Of a stretch of DNA of 64,000 nt, positions 1-9,218 are shown piece after piece; position 1 is the first letter of the stretch; every line of letters begins with the position of its first letter. The stretch is from an uncultured Alphaproteobacteria bacterium. GTDB lineage: Bacteria; Pseudomonadota; Alphaproteobacteria; RF32; CAG-239. A model generated the notes under the pieces. The model was not told the DNA's origin, did not search any database, and saw nothing but the letters and a program-made list of their open reading frames with translations. A program made the translations under genes and the position numbers. Location: positions 5,786-69,785 of the forward strand of contig CALXTO010000002.1 in the NCBI GenBank assembly GCA_944391425.1. Direction: 5' to 3'.

Positions 1-119
1 GTCACGTTTCAATACGCTGGAAAGGGATTCTCTTTCGGCATAAAACAGATTTGTTTATTGACAGAAAGATGAAGTTGGATTATCAAATCTATGGTTGTTA
101 ATATTAGGAGAATATTATA

Positions 120-419
120 ATGGGAGCTATTTTTGAGCCGTTTGTGTATGTTATCGCCCTGCTGGTCGATATTTATTTCAAGATTGTCGTGGTTCAAGTT
201 GTTTTGTATTGGCTGATTCACTTTAAAGTCTTGGAACCTTCCAATAAATATGCTCAGAAAACCGTTGAAGTTTTAGATAAGCTTACGGTGCCTGTTTATA
301 AGAAAATCGGAGAAAAAATTCCGCCGATTTCCGGATTTGATTTCTCACCGTTTATCTTGTTGCTGGCATTGATTTTTGTCAGCCGTCTGTTGATGAGACT
401 CAGCGCTTTGATGCTGTAG
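120..419 (+). CDS. yggT: YggT family membrane protein
   Basis: 99 aa hydrophobic protein with the 'LT.PVY..I...IPPISGFDFSP' YGGT motif; upstream of DUF167-folD as in alphaproteobacteria. Confidence 0.9.
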   Translation: MGAIFEPFVYVIALLVDIYFKIVVVQVVLYWLIHFKVLEPSNKYAQKTVEVLDKLTVPVYKKIGEKIPPISGFDFSPFILLLALIFVSRLLMRLSALML

Positions 420-428
420 GGTCGAGAA

Positions 429-743
429 TTGGTTTTTGAGGAAAATCGACAAGAGTTTTTTTTGAGAGTTAGGCTTGTGCCTAACTCTTCTTGTTGTCAG
501 GTCGGTGGCATTTTTACCAATGTACGGGGCGAAGAATTTTTGAAGATCAACGTGGTCAGCGTTCCTGAAAAAGGGAAAGCCAATGAGGAGCTTTTAAAGT
601 TTTTAGCCAAGTCGTTCAGGATTGCCAAGTCGGCCATTGAAATTGTTGCCGGAGAAACCGACCGTTGCAAAAAACTGCGTATTACCGGCAGCACGGAAGG
701 AATAAAAGCCAAAATCAGCCAGTGGCTGGAGGAGGAAAAATGA
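429..743 (+). CDS. DUF167 (YggU/UPF0235) family protein
   Basis: 'PEKGKANEELLKFLAK...I.IVAGETDR.K' motif; TTG start. Confidence 0.88.
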   Translation: MVFEENRQEFFLRVRLVPNSSCCQVGGIFTNVRGEEFLKINVVSVPEKGKANEELLKFLAKSFRIAKSAIEIVAGETDRCKKLRITGSTEGIKAKISQWLEEEK

Positions 744-1627
744 CAGCCTGTATTATAGACGGGAAAGCCGTTGCCGCCGGAATCAGAAAAGATTTAGCCA
801 AAAAGACCACTGCCTGCAGTCATACTCCGGTATTAGCCGTGGTTTTGGTGGGTGAAAACGAAGCGAGCCGGATTTATGTGCGCAACAAGAAAAAAGCGGC
901 TGCAGAGGTTGGAATCCGCTGTGAGGTTTTTGAATTTTCAGGCAGCATCGGTGAAAATGCTTTATTGTCAAGCATCCAGGATTTGAATGACGATCCACAT
1001 GTCGACGGTATTATCGTGCAACTTCCCCTACCGCCTCAAATTAATCCGCAAAAGGTGTTGTCCCATATCAATCCCGGAAAAGATGTTGACGGTTTCAGCC
1101 CGTATAATGTGGGATTGCTGGCTGAACGAGAAGAAAGCGCGGTTGTTGCCGCTACTCCAAAAGGGATTTTAAAACTGTTGGAAAGCACGGGAGAATCTCT
1201 GGAGGGAAAACATGTCGTTATTATCGGCCGCTCAAACATTGTCGGTCGCCCGACGGCTTTGTTGTTGTTGAATCACGATTGTACGGTAACGGTTACCCAT
1301 TCAAAAACAGTCAATTTGTCCGATACGGTACGGCAGGCTGATATTGTAGTTGCGGCCTGCGGCTGTCCTAAAATAGTCAAAAAAGACTGGATTAAGCCGG
1401 GCGCAATCATTATTGACGTCGGCATCAATCGGCTTGAAGACGGGAGCCTTTGTGGAGATGTCGATTTTGAAGAAGTAAAAGAAACGGCCTCGTACATTAC
1501 GCCGGTTCCGGGCGGAGTCGGTCCCATGACGGTGGCGATGCTGCTTGAAAATACGCTGGAAGCGGCACAACGACATGCATGCTGTCATGACGAAAATTGT
1601 CATTGCGGCCGGTGCGGCGGAAACTAA
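740..1627 (+). CDS. folD: Bifunctional methylenetetrahydrofolate dehydrogenase/cyclohydrolase
   Basis: IIDGK, KDVDG, GRSNIVGRP and ITPVPGGVGPMT motifs; ATG at 740 after GGAGG, overlapping the DUF167 stop. Confidence 0.97.
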   Translation: MTACIIDGKAVAAGIRKDLAKKTTACSHTPVLAVVLVGENEASRIYVRNKKKAAAEVGIRCEVFEFSGSIGENALLSSIQDLNDDPHVDGIIVQLPLPPQINPQKVLSHINPGKDVDGFSPYNVGLLAEREESAVVAATPKGILKLLESTGESLEGKHVVIIGRSNIVGRPTALLLLNHDCTVTVTHSKTVNLSDTVRQADIVVAACGCPKIVKKDWIKPGAIIIDVGINRLEDGSLCGDVDFEEVKETASYITPVPGGVGPMTVAMLLENTLEAAQRHACCHDENCHCGRCGGN

Positions 1628-1695
1628 TCTTAAAAATTTTAAAATAGCGATTATATTTTCCTTATCTGTGCAACAGGCAGACGAGGTATGTTTTT

Positions 1696-2328
1696 ATGAA
1701 TAAAATCGGAAAAGTCTTTATCTTGGACGATGATCGGCTTTTTTTACGTCTATACCAACAGTTGTTGGAAGCAAAAGGTTATGAAGTTTTTGCAACGGAT
1801 AACGCATATAAATTTATTTTATACGGCAGAGAAGTTTTGCCGGATGTCTTTTTTTTAGACGTTAATATGCCAAAGATGAGCGGATGGGAGGTTTTAGACA
1901 GGATTAATCATGACAAAGCTTTGGAAGAAGTTCCGGTTGTTGTTTTAAGCGTTAATCAAGATGAAGATCTGGCAGATGTTAAAGGAGCTGCTCATTTTTT
2001 ATGTAAACCTTTGGATATGGAGGAGTTGACGGAGATTTTGGAAAGTTATTGTCTGGGGCATAAAGACCATGATATTTTACTGCTTGAAGGCTATGAACCA
2101 ATGTTCAGCTGTTGCCGCAGTATTCGGGAAAAAACGCGAAAGAGCTGCTTTTGCACCCATGATCTGAAAGGGGCGAAAAAATACCTGAAAAAAAACAAAC
2201 CCGGAAAAATAATTGTACGCCACAGCAAAGAAAAATTCGGGCAAATTCAAAAGGAACTTTCCGGACGGGAGATGTTCAGAGCCGAAACTTTTCAAGATGT
2301 GGAAAATCTTGCCGGGAATCTTAAATAA
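1696..2328 (+). CDS. Response regulator: receiver domain plus a degenerate second receiver-like domain
   Basis: ILDDD acidic pocket, FLDVNMP phosphoacceptor, LCKP; C-terminal half begins DILLLEG. Confidence 0.8.
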   Translation: MNKIGKVFILDDDRLFLRLYQQLLEAKGYEVFATDNAYKFILYGREVLPDVFFLDVNMPKMSGWEVLDRINHDKALEEVPVVVLSVNQDEDLADVKGAAHFLCKPLDMEELTEILESYCLGHKDHDILLLEGYEPMFSCCRSIREKTRKSCFCTHDLKGAKKYLKKNKPGKIIVRHSKEKFGQIQKELSGREMFRAETFQDVENLAGNLK

Positions 2329-2382
2329 ATATTTATTTTTATTCGTTAAGCTTTCCTGAGTGATATTTTTAAGGAAAGTCTG

Positions 2383-3000
2383 ATGGGTATTTTAAAATAT
2401 GTAAGTTCTTCCTTTCATAGCTGGGTTAAGGCCGTTTATGATTATATGCTGGATTTATCGGCTCGGCCGAACGCAATGTTTTTTTTATTTCTGGTCGCGT
2501 TTGCCGAGAGTTCCTTTTTTCCGATTCCGCCGGATATTATGATAATCCCCATGGTTTTGGCTATGCCCCAGAAGGCTTGGAGAATAGCCGGTCTGGCTAC
2601 GGTAGCAAGCGTTGCCGGCGGGTATTTCGGTTATGCAATCGGCGTTTATTTTTTTGATTTGATTGCTAAACCGATTTTGACTTTTTACGGCTATATGCAC
2701 CAATTTGACGTTTTTAAGGATTATTATCACGAATGGGGCGCCTGGATTGTATTCGGCGCGGGAATTACACCATTTCCGTATAAGGTAATTACAATTGCCA
2801 GCGGAGTGGTCGAACTGAATTTGGCAACATTTACGATTGCTTCCGTTATTGCCAGGGGGATGCGTTTTTATCTGGTAGCTTGGCTGTTGAAAAAATACGG
2901 CGCGCCGATGAAGGTTTTTATTGAAAAAAATCTCGGGATTTTATCGGTTTTGTTTTTGATTTTGCTGATTGGCGGTTTTGTTGCCATTAAGTATATGTAG
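2383..3000 (+). CDS. DedA/YqaA family membrane protein
   Basis: AFAESSFFPIPPD and TPFPYKVITIASG motifs. Confidence 0.92.
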   Translation: MGILKYVSSSFHSWVKAVYDYMLDLSARPNAMFFLFLVAFAESSFFPIPPDIMIIPMVLAMPQKAWRIAGLATVASVAGGYFGYAIGVYFFDLIAKPILTFYGYMHQFDVFKDYYHEWGAWIVFGAGITPFPYKVITIASGVVELNLATFTIASVIARGMRFYLVAWLLKKYGAPMKVFIEKNLGILSVLFLILLIGGFVAIKYM

Positions 3001-3040
3001 AAGGGTTTTCTTTTTTCTTGGTATCCAGAAGGAGGGAAAA

Positions 3041-3418
3041 GTGAGCAAGGCAAAAGAAGAAATCAACTGTCTACTGGAGCGGATTTATAAAAAAATGAAT
3101 CTTTCCTGCCGGGAGGAACTGAAGGAAATCGGGCGAATAATGTCTGAACGGCGAAAATCTCTGGATTATTCGGTCTGGCAAGTGGGCATGGAGGTTGACG
3201 CAGCTTTTGACGATGTTGAAAAAGTGGAACAGGCTGTCAGTCTTGGCGGAGAAAAATTTGATTATATGCAGTTCCGGCGGTTTCTTTTGTGTTTTTTTGC
3301 CTTGGACGAGCTGTATACGGTTTATGAGAACAATCCCAATCTGCTTGAGTTTGAAAAACTATGTAAGCTTATCTACAAAAAATATGACCAAGAACGAGGC
3401 ACAAAGGGAAAAAGCTAA
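3041..3418 (+). CDS. Hypothetical protein with an XRE-like helix-turn-helix
   Basis: GTG start after GGAGGG; 'IGRIMSERRKSLDYSVWQVGMEVDAAFDDVEKVEQ' resembles an XRE HTH. Confidence 0.5.
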   Translation: MSKAKEEINCLLERIYKKMNLSCREELKEIGRIMSERRKSLDYSVWQVGMEVDAAFDDVEKVEQAVSLGGEKFDYMQFRRFLLCFFALDELYTVYENNPNLLEFEKLCKLIYKKYDQERGTKGKS

Positions 3419-4050
3419 ATCCGTTTGTCCGGAGAGCGGCAGAAAGCGGCGACGGGACAATCTTCGCACAAGGGCTTCTGAGCTTTGCAGATGTATCTTC
3501 CGAACAAGACTAACCAGTGATTGACATGGCGTTTATATTCGTCAGGCAGGACGCGGTTAAGATCCGCTTCTACTGTCAGCGGCGTTTTGCCGTCGCTGAG
3601 TTCCAGGCGTTCGGCCAGACGCAGGACGTGTGTGTCAACGGCAACCGTTGGTTCGTTCCACCAGACGTTCAACAGGACATTTGCTGTTTTGCGGCCGACG
3701 CCGGGAAGTTTTTCAAGAGCGTTCCGATCATAGGGCACTTCTCCGCCATAATCTTTGACTAAAATTTCGCTCATGGCGATGATGTTTTTGGCTTTGTTGT
3801 TGTACAGGCCGATGGTTTTGATGTATTCTTTGAGTCTGTCAACGCCGAGACGGAGCATTTTTTGCGGAGTGTCGGCAATTTTGAAAAGTTCGTCGGTAGC
3901 TTTATTGACGCCTTTGTCCGTGCTTTGGGCAGAAAGGACAATCGCCGTCAGCAGAGTATAGGCATTATGATAATGCAGTTCGCTGCTCGGGTTAGGGTCT
4001 TTGTTTTTGAATACGTCAAGTATTTCCAATATTTCTTTGGTTTTTCTCAT
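3415..4050 (-). CDS. nth: Endonuclease III
   Basis: HhH motif LPGVGRKTAN, VDTHV, C-terminal CxxxxxxCxxCxxxxxC 4Fe-4S motif. Confidence 0.97.
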   Translation of the reverse strand: MRKTKEILEILDVFKNKDPNPSSELHYHNAYTLLTAIVLSAQSTDKGVNKATDELFKIADTPQKMLRLGVDRLKEYIKTIGLYNNKAKNIIAMSEILVKDYGGEVPYDRNALEKLPGVGRKTANVLLNVWWNEPTVAVDTHVLRLAERLELSDGKTPLTVEADLNRVLPDEYKRHVNHWLVLFGRYICKAQKPLCEDCPVAAFCRSPDKRI

Positions 4051-5123
4051 GCTTTGACTCCGCCGGCTCCCGCCGCTTTGGGGGCGTTGGCATCCAGAGG
4101 CCAGCGCGGGCGGGGTTTGAAATTCAAATCATCATAAAGCCCTTTGAGCGCGCGTTCCATGCCGGCCCAGGCAATCATTACGCCGTTATCCGTACAAAAC
4201 CGGATCGGCGGTGCTGAAAAGGACAAGCCTTCCGTTTCGGCCAGAAACTTCAGGCGGTCGCGCAGGTAAGTATTGGCGGCAACTCCTCCGGAAACGACTA
4301 AATCTTTGCCGTGAGGGTACTTGGTTTTGAAAATGACAATCGCTTTTTGTAATTTGTGAATCAGGCTTTCGGTAACCGCAAGCTGAAAAGACGCACAGAT
4401 ATCAGCCGCGTCTTTTTTGCGCAAAATGGCGTGTTCGATGTTGTTGTCGGGTGAATATGATTCGATAATCTTGCGAACGGCGGTTTTGAGCCCAGAAAAA
4501 GAAAGGTTGCAATCGCCGGAGTTTTGCAGCGGGCGCGGCAAGACAAAACGGTTTTCGTCTCCGAGCGCCGCCATTTTTTCGATGATCGGGCCGCCGGGGT
4601 AGCCGAGGTTGAGCATTTTTGCAACTTTATCAAAAGCCTCTCCCGCAGCATCGTCAATCGTCGTGCCGAGGCGTTCAAAATTTCCGACGCCTTTGACGAT
4701 TAATATTTGGCAGTGGCCGCCGGAAACCAGAAGCAGAAGATAAGGATATTCCACATCAGAAGTCAGTCGTGCCGCCAAGGCATGGCCTTCAAGATGGTTA
4801 ACGGCGATAAAGGGTTTGTTTAGAGCGAGCGCCAACGCTTTGGCCGCCATGACTCCAATGACGACGCCGCCGATCAGTCCGGGACCGGAGGCTGCGGCAA
4901 CAGCGTCAATATCGCAAGGCGAAAGCCCGGATTTTTTGAATGTTTCTTCCAGAATTTCATCCATGTGTTCCAGGTGAGAACGAGCGGCAATTTCCGGAAC
5001 CACGCCGCCGTAAATCTTGTGTTCAAGCTGAGTCAGGACGCATTCGCCCAGTATTTCTTTTTTGTCGTTAACGATTGCGGCCGCGGTTTCATCGCAACTG
5101 CTTTCAATTCCCAAAACCTTCAT
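4047..5123 (-). CDS. tsaD: tRNA N6-threonylcarbamoyladenosine synthesis protein TsaD
   Basis: LGIESSCDET, GGVVPEIAARSH, VNHLEGH, DDAAGEAFDK, CTDNGVMIAW; start set to the ATG at 5123. Confidence 0.97.
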   Translation of the reverse strand: MKVLGIESSCDETAAAIVNDKKEILGECVLTQLEHKIYGGVVPEIAARSHLEHMDEILEETFKKSGLSPCDIDAVAAASGPGLIGGVVIGVMAAKALALALNKPFIAVNHLEGHALAARLTSDVEYPYLLLLVSGGHCQILIVKGVGNFERLGTTIDDAAGEAFDKVAKMLNLGYPGGPIIEKMAALGDENRFVLPRPLQNSGDCNLSFSGLKTAVRKIIESYSPDNNIEHAILRKKDAADICASFQLAVTESLIHKLQKAIVIFKTKYPHGKDLVVSGGVAANTYLRDRLKFLAETEGLSFSAPPIRFCTDNGVMIAWAGMERALKGLYDDLNFKPRPRWPLDANAPKAAGAGGVKA

Positions 5124-5220
5124 TTTATTCCTTTGGATACATATATGTATTGCAGTTTTTTTTATATTATATACACTATAAAAAAACGAATGCCAAGAAT
5201 TTACTGCAGAGGATAATAAA

Positions 5221-6201
5221 ATGGTTGAGAAAAAAAACGCGCCGGAAACTGTTCCTGAAACGGTACGAAAATCTTCGTTGAAACCGGCTGCTGCAAAGAT
5301 ATTGTTTTTGGCAGCGCTTGTTGCCGCCGGATACGGTATATGGAAGAATCCGCAAATCATCGAGCAGGTTAAGGGCGTTTTTTCTTCAGAAAAAGAAGAT
5401 GTCTATCAGCAGCAGATAGATAAGCTACAGCAACAGCTGTCGGCAATGCAGCATCAGATGCAGATGCTGTCCGCAAATGCGAGTACTCCCGATTTGTCTG
5501 AATTTGAGGCTAAAGTTGCCGCTATTGAAAAGATGAATTTAAATGTTATTGATTCCAAGGCAGATGTTGCTACGGTTTTAGGTGTGGTTACCCGCATGGA
5601 CAAAGCTGAACAGAAAATCGACCGGCTGGCAAGCGTCAGCGATGAAAGCGCTCTGACGCTGACAGCGCTGATGCTGGTCAAAGACAGTGCGGAGCGTGGC
5701 GGCACATTTGAGTATGAAGCTGAGGTTTTAAGCGAGGTTGTGAAAGGAAACCCCAAGCTGGAAGAAAAAGCCCTGAAAATAGAAACCTTCGCCAAAGAAG
5801 GTGTTGCCAGTGAAAGAGATTTGGAAAAATCTTTTGATGGTATTTACCGGAAACTGTTGAAACAACAAAAACAAGATTTTGATAAAACCTGGAAAGAGCG
5901 GATAAACAGCAAACTGCAGGAAATCGTGCAGATTAAAAAAGTTAACGGCGAGGCTCCCAAATTTGAAGCGGATAAAGGGCTCGAAGCCGTCCGTAAAGCC
6001 GTTGTTGACGGAGATCTGGCTTTAGCTGCCGGGATGCTGGAAAAGCCGCAAAACGCCGAATTATTGAATAATGCCGAGTTAAAACAGTGGCTGGAAAAAG
6101 TGAAAGTTCGCAACGAATTTTATGATTTGATTACATCGATGTCCGCCAGCTCTTTGGCGGTTATGAAAGTGCGCTTTTTGAAAAAGGCCGACTGGAACTA
6201 G
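5221..6201 (+). CDS. Mitofilin/Mic60-like (COG4223) inner-membrane protein
   Basis: N-terminal TM helix, coiled coil, C-terminal mitofilin-like signature (G.TF..E, GV.S..DL..SF, W.ERI...L..IV.I, GDL..A...L, W...V..R); divergent from tsaD. Confidence 0.78.
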   Translation: MVEKKNAPETVPETVRKSSLKPAAAKILFLAALVAAGYGIWKNPQIIEQVKGVFSSEKEDVYQQQIDKLQQQLSAMQHQMQMLSANASTPDLSEFEAKVAAIEKMNLNVIDSKADVATVLGVVTRMDKAEQKIDRLASVSDESALTLTALMLVKDSAERGGTFEYEAEVLSEVVKGNPKLEEKALKIETFAKEGVASERDLEKSFDGIYRKLLKQQKQDFDKTWKERINSKLQEIVQIKKVNGEAPKFEADKGLEAVRKAVVDGDLALAAGMLEKPQNAELLNNAELKQWLEKVKVRNEFYDLITSMSASSLAVMKVRFLKKADWN

Positions 6202-6210
6202 GCTGAACGG

Positions 6211-7485
6211 TTATTTTTCTGTCCGGGTTTTTTCCTGCCGCGTAATTTTAATCAGGCTGAGCTGATTTTTATTGCGCTTGAGAATCTCGTATTGAAAATC
6301 GTCAAAAATAAACTTCTGTCCTTCGGAAGGGATGGAACGGGTCATGTCCATCAGGTAGCCGGCAATGGTGACGGCGTTATCATCGGATATATTCCAGCCG
6401 TATTTGCGGTTGAGGTCGCGAATCGGCACCTGTCCGTCGACAATGAAACAGGAATCGTTGATTTTGCGAATGCCCATAATGTCTAAATTGGAGATGTCGC
6501 TTTCATCGTTGATGTCGCCGACAATTTCTTCCAAAATATCTTCAAGCGTGACAATTCCCTGCAAGACCCCGTATTCGTCGACAACGATAGCAAAGTGTTC
6601 GCGGCGGGCACGGAACAGCTGCAACTGCTGCATCAAGGTGGTGTTGTCGGGAATAAACCACGGTTTGGTCATGATTTCTTCAATTTTGATGTTTTCGTAG
6701 TTGTTATGGTGTTCGACGGCCTCTTTAAGGAGAGTTTTGATGCGGATGACTCCGACGATGTTTTCGGGCCGGTTTTTATAGAGAGGGATTCTGGAAAAAG
6801 GACAATTTTTGACCCGGTTGAGGATTTCTTCGACCGGAAGGTCGATATCCAGGGAGAAAAGGTTTCGACGATGGTTCATAACGTCATAAACATGAATGTC
6901 TGTCAGGTCAAGAATGCTTTTAAGCATGGCTTTTTCCTGAAGCGCGTCATTGCCGTCGTACATATAAATGGCGCCGCGAACTTCGGCCAGAGAATCGGTG
7001 GCAGAAGAGCTGTTTTTATTGGCTCCGGCGAGTTTGAACGTGTAATTGACGATAAACTGCAAAAACCAAACAGCCGGAGAAAACAATCGGACGAAGAAGT
7101 TTATGGGCGAGGCAACCAACAATGCCATTTTGTTGGCATTGCGGACGGCATAGCTTTTGGGCAGCATATCTGTGTAAACCAAAACCAGAAAAGTCATGAT
7201 GATGGTTGCATAGGCCACGCCTTCCCGTCCGAAAAGGGAGATCAGCACGCTGGTGGACAATGAGGTGGCCAAAGTGTTGCTCAGGTTTGAGCCAACCAAT
7301 GTCGTGATAATCAGATTATCCCTTTTTTGGAAAAGCCGGTTTAAAAGTTTTGCTCTGGGGTTGTGGGCGTTTTTTTCCTGATCAATGACAAAAGCCTGCG
7401 AAGCGCCGGTAAGGGCGGTTTCCGAACCTGAAAAGAAAGCGGACAGCATCAGGAGAATGACAACGGCAGCAATGGAAATAATCAT
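6211..7485 (-). CDS. HlyC/CorC (CNNM) family transporter with CBS pair and CorC domain
   Basis: SAFFSGSETA, LPKSYA, FSRIPLY, VVDEYG...GIVTLEDILEEIVGDI. Confidence 0.93.
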   Translation of the reverse strand: MIISIAAVVILLMLSAFFSGSETALTGASQAFVIDQEKNAHNPRAKLLNRLFQKRDNLIITTLVGSNLSNTLATSLSTSVLISLFGREGVAYATIIMTFLVLVYTDMLPKSYAVRNANKMALLVASPINFFVRLFSPAVWFLQFIVNYTFKLAGANKNSSSATDSLAEVRGAIYMYDGNDALQEKAMLKSILDLTDIHVYDVMNHRRNLFSLDIDLPVEEILNRVKNCPFSRIPLYKNRPENIVGVIRIKTLLKEAVEHHNNYENIKIEEIMTKPWFIPDNTTLMQQLQLFRARREHFAIVVDEYGVLQGIVTLEDILEEIVGDINDESDISNLDIMGIRKINDSCFIVDGQVPIRDLNRKYGWNISDDNAVTIAGYLMDMTRSIPSEGQKFIFDDFQYEILKRNKNQLSLIKITRQEKTRTEK

Positions 7486-8027
7486 TTAGTTTCCTTTTTT
7501 AAAAAATCTTCAATGGCGCCGATGACTCTGTTAACGGTGATGTCTACCTGTTCCTCTTTGGTTTCGACAATGATATCGGCTTGCGAGTAGTAAGGATATT
7601 CATCGTGGATATATTTTTCAAGCTTGCTTTTAAGCTCGTCATCGCTGCCTTTAAGAAAGGGTCGGTGTTTGCGGCCGGCAGTACGTGTGTAAAGGACGTC
7701 AATGTCAGCTTTCAGCCAGATAGTAATGGCGTTTTTTTTGGCATATTCGCGGGTTTGCGGCGCAACAAACGAACCGCCGCCTGAGGCCAGAACGCAGGGC
7801 GCTCCCTGCAGAAGCCGTTTCATGACCCGGGCTTCTCCGGCACGGTATTCTTCTAATCCGAAACATTTTAAAATATCTACCAAAGACAATCCTGCGGCTT
7901 TTTCAACCTCCTGATCGCCGTCTACAAAAGGGAGATTTAATCTTTTGGAAAGTCTTTTGCCAACACTGGTTTTGCCGCTTCCCATCAGGCCGACCAGCAA
8001 GATTATTTTTTCGTTTTTATTTATCAT
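7482..8027 (-). CDS. aroK: Shikimate kinase
   Basis: P-loop GLMGSGKTSVG, ASGGG, RP motif; ATGA overlap with the CNNM gene. Confidence 0.93.
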   Translation of the reverse strand: MINKNEKIILLVGLMGSGKTSVGKRLSKRLNLPFVDGDQEVEKAAGLSLVDILKCFGLEEYRAGEARVMKRLLQGAPCVLASGGGSFVAPQTREYAKKNAITIWLKADIDVLYTRTAGRKHRPFLKGSDDELKSKLEKYIHDEYPYYSQADIIVETKEEQVDITVNRVIGAIEDFLKKETK

Positions 8028-8123
8028 TTTATCTTAATTTTTAATTTATCTTTCAAACTTCTTATGCTAACTATATAAATAAAGCGTGGCTTTAGCAATA
8101 TTTTTTTAAGAAGGAGTCTGATA

Positions 8124-8255
8124 ATGCGGCAAAAAAAATCAAACTTGATGTATTATGTTGCGGCCGTTGTCGTTTTGGCGGCCGTCGCCTTTGTGGTTAT
8201 GCATGAAGTTCCGATGCAGGTCGAGCATGTTGAAGAAGCGATAACCGTTGAATAA
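8124..8255 (+). CDS. Small 43-aa single-TM protein upstream of xerD (not in the ORF track)
   Basis: SD AAGGAG at 8111-8116, ATG at 8124, MRQKKSNLMYYVAAVVVLAAVAFVVMHEVPMQVEHVEEAITVE*; overlaps the xerD start. Confidence 0.7.
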   Translation: MRQKKSNLMYYVAAVVVLAAVAFVVMHEVPMQVEHVEEAITVE

Positions 8256-9168
8256 ATTTGACGAAAACAAAGCGGATTTATTGCTGGCCGATTTTTTAAA
8301 TATGATGGCGGCGGAGATTGGCGCTTCAAAAAATACACTTGAAGCGTATGAACGTGATTTGCGGCAATATTTCGCGTATAACGGGAAAAGCCTGAAAGAA
8401 ATTTCCCAAGGAGACATTTCTGCCTATATGCAGCATCTGGGAAAGAAGGGATATGCTCCGAAGTCTGCTGCCCGTAAGCTTTCTGCTTTAAAGGATTTTT
8501 TCAAGTTTTTATATACCGAAAAAGAAATTGACAAGAATCCGACGGCCAATGTTATTGCGCCGCGGCTGGAAAAACCGTTGCCTAAATTTTTGACGGCTGA
8601 GGAGATAAGGCTTTTGCTTCAAGCGGCCGGAGAAAAAAAAGATGCGGTTCATGTGCGGACGGTAACGATGCTGACGTTGATGTATGCCTGCGGGTTGCGC
8701 GTTTCGGAACTGGTTTCTTTACCGGAAGGCTGCATTAATTTTGACAAAAAACAGATTTTGGTTCGCGGCAAGGGGAGCAAAGAAAGGCTTTTGCCGATTG
8801 CCGATGCGGCTGTGGAGGCTGTTTTGGCTTATTTGCCGTATCGGGAAAATTTTATCCGCGGCAGGAAATCCGTGTGGCTTTTTCCTTCTTTGCGTTCAAA
8901 GCTGGGGCACGTGACACGCGACGGTTTTTTTAAAAACCTGGCAAAACTGGCAATGAGCTGCGGGATTGATTCGCGACGGGTTTCTCCGCACGTGTTAAGA
9001 CATTCCTGCGCGACCCATTTGCTGCATCGTGGCGTTGATTTAAGGCTGGTGCAGAAAATGCTGGGGCACGAAGATATTGCCACAACGGAGATTTATACGC
9101 ATATTATGCCGGAAGATTTGCTGAAGCAGGCAAGCCAGAAACATCCGTTGGCAAAATATTTAAAATGA
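8248..9168 (+). CDS. xerD: Tyrosine recombinase XerD
   Basis: SKNTLEAYERDL, YACGLRVSEL, GKGSKER, SPHVLRHS.ATHLL, LGH.DI.TTEIYTH; divergent from aroK as in alphaproteobacteria. Confidence 0.92.
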   Translation: MNKFDENKADLLLADFLNMMAAEIGASKNTLEAYERDLRQYFAYNGKSLKEISQGDISAYMQHLGKKGYAPKSAARKLSALKDFFKFLYTEKEIDKNPTANVIAPRLEKPLPKFLTAEEIRLLLQAAGEKKDAVHVRTVTMLTLMYACGLRVSELVSLPEGCINFDKKQILVRGKGSKERLLPIADAAVEAVLAYLPYRENFIRGRKSVWLFPSLRSKLGHVTRDGFFKNLAKLAMSCGIDSRRVSPHVLRHSCATHLLHRGVDLRLVQKMLGHEDIATTEIYTHIMPEDLLKQASQKHPLAKYLK

Positions 9169-9169
9169 C

Positions 9170-9195
9170 AAGAGCCGCTTTGCAAAGCGGCTCTT
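9170..9195. terminator. Perfect 26-bp palindrome, probable bidirectional terminator
   Basis: aagagccgctttgcaaagcggctctt between convergent xerD and the orphan gene. Confidence 0.75.
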
Positions 9196-9218
9196 TGATA
9201 AGGTTAGCGGAAGATTGG

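Noticed and set aside
1-43. Possible 3' end of an upstream gene (SRFNTLERDSLSA*)
   Set aside because: Too short to identify
8248-9168. Tyrosine recombinase as a phage or island integrase
   Set aside because: Sequence and aroK-divergent context match chromosomal XerD; no att repeats or cargo seen
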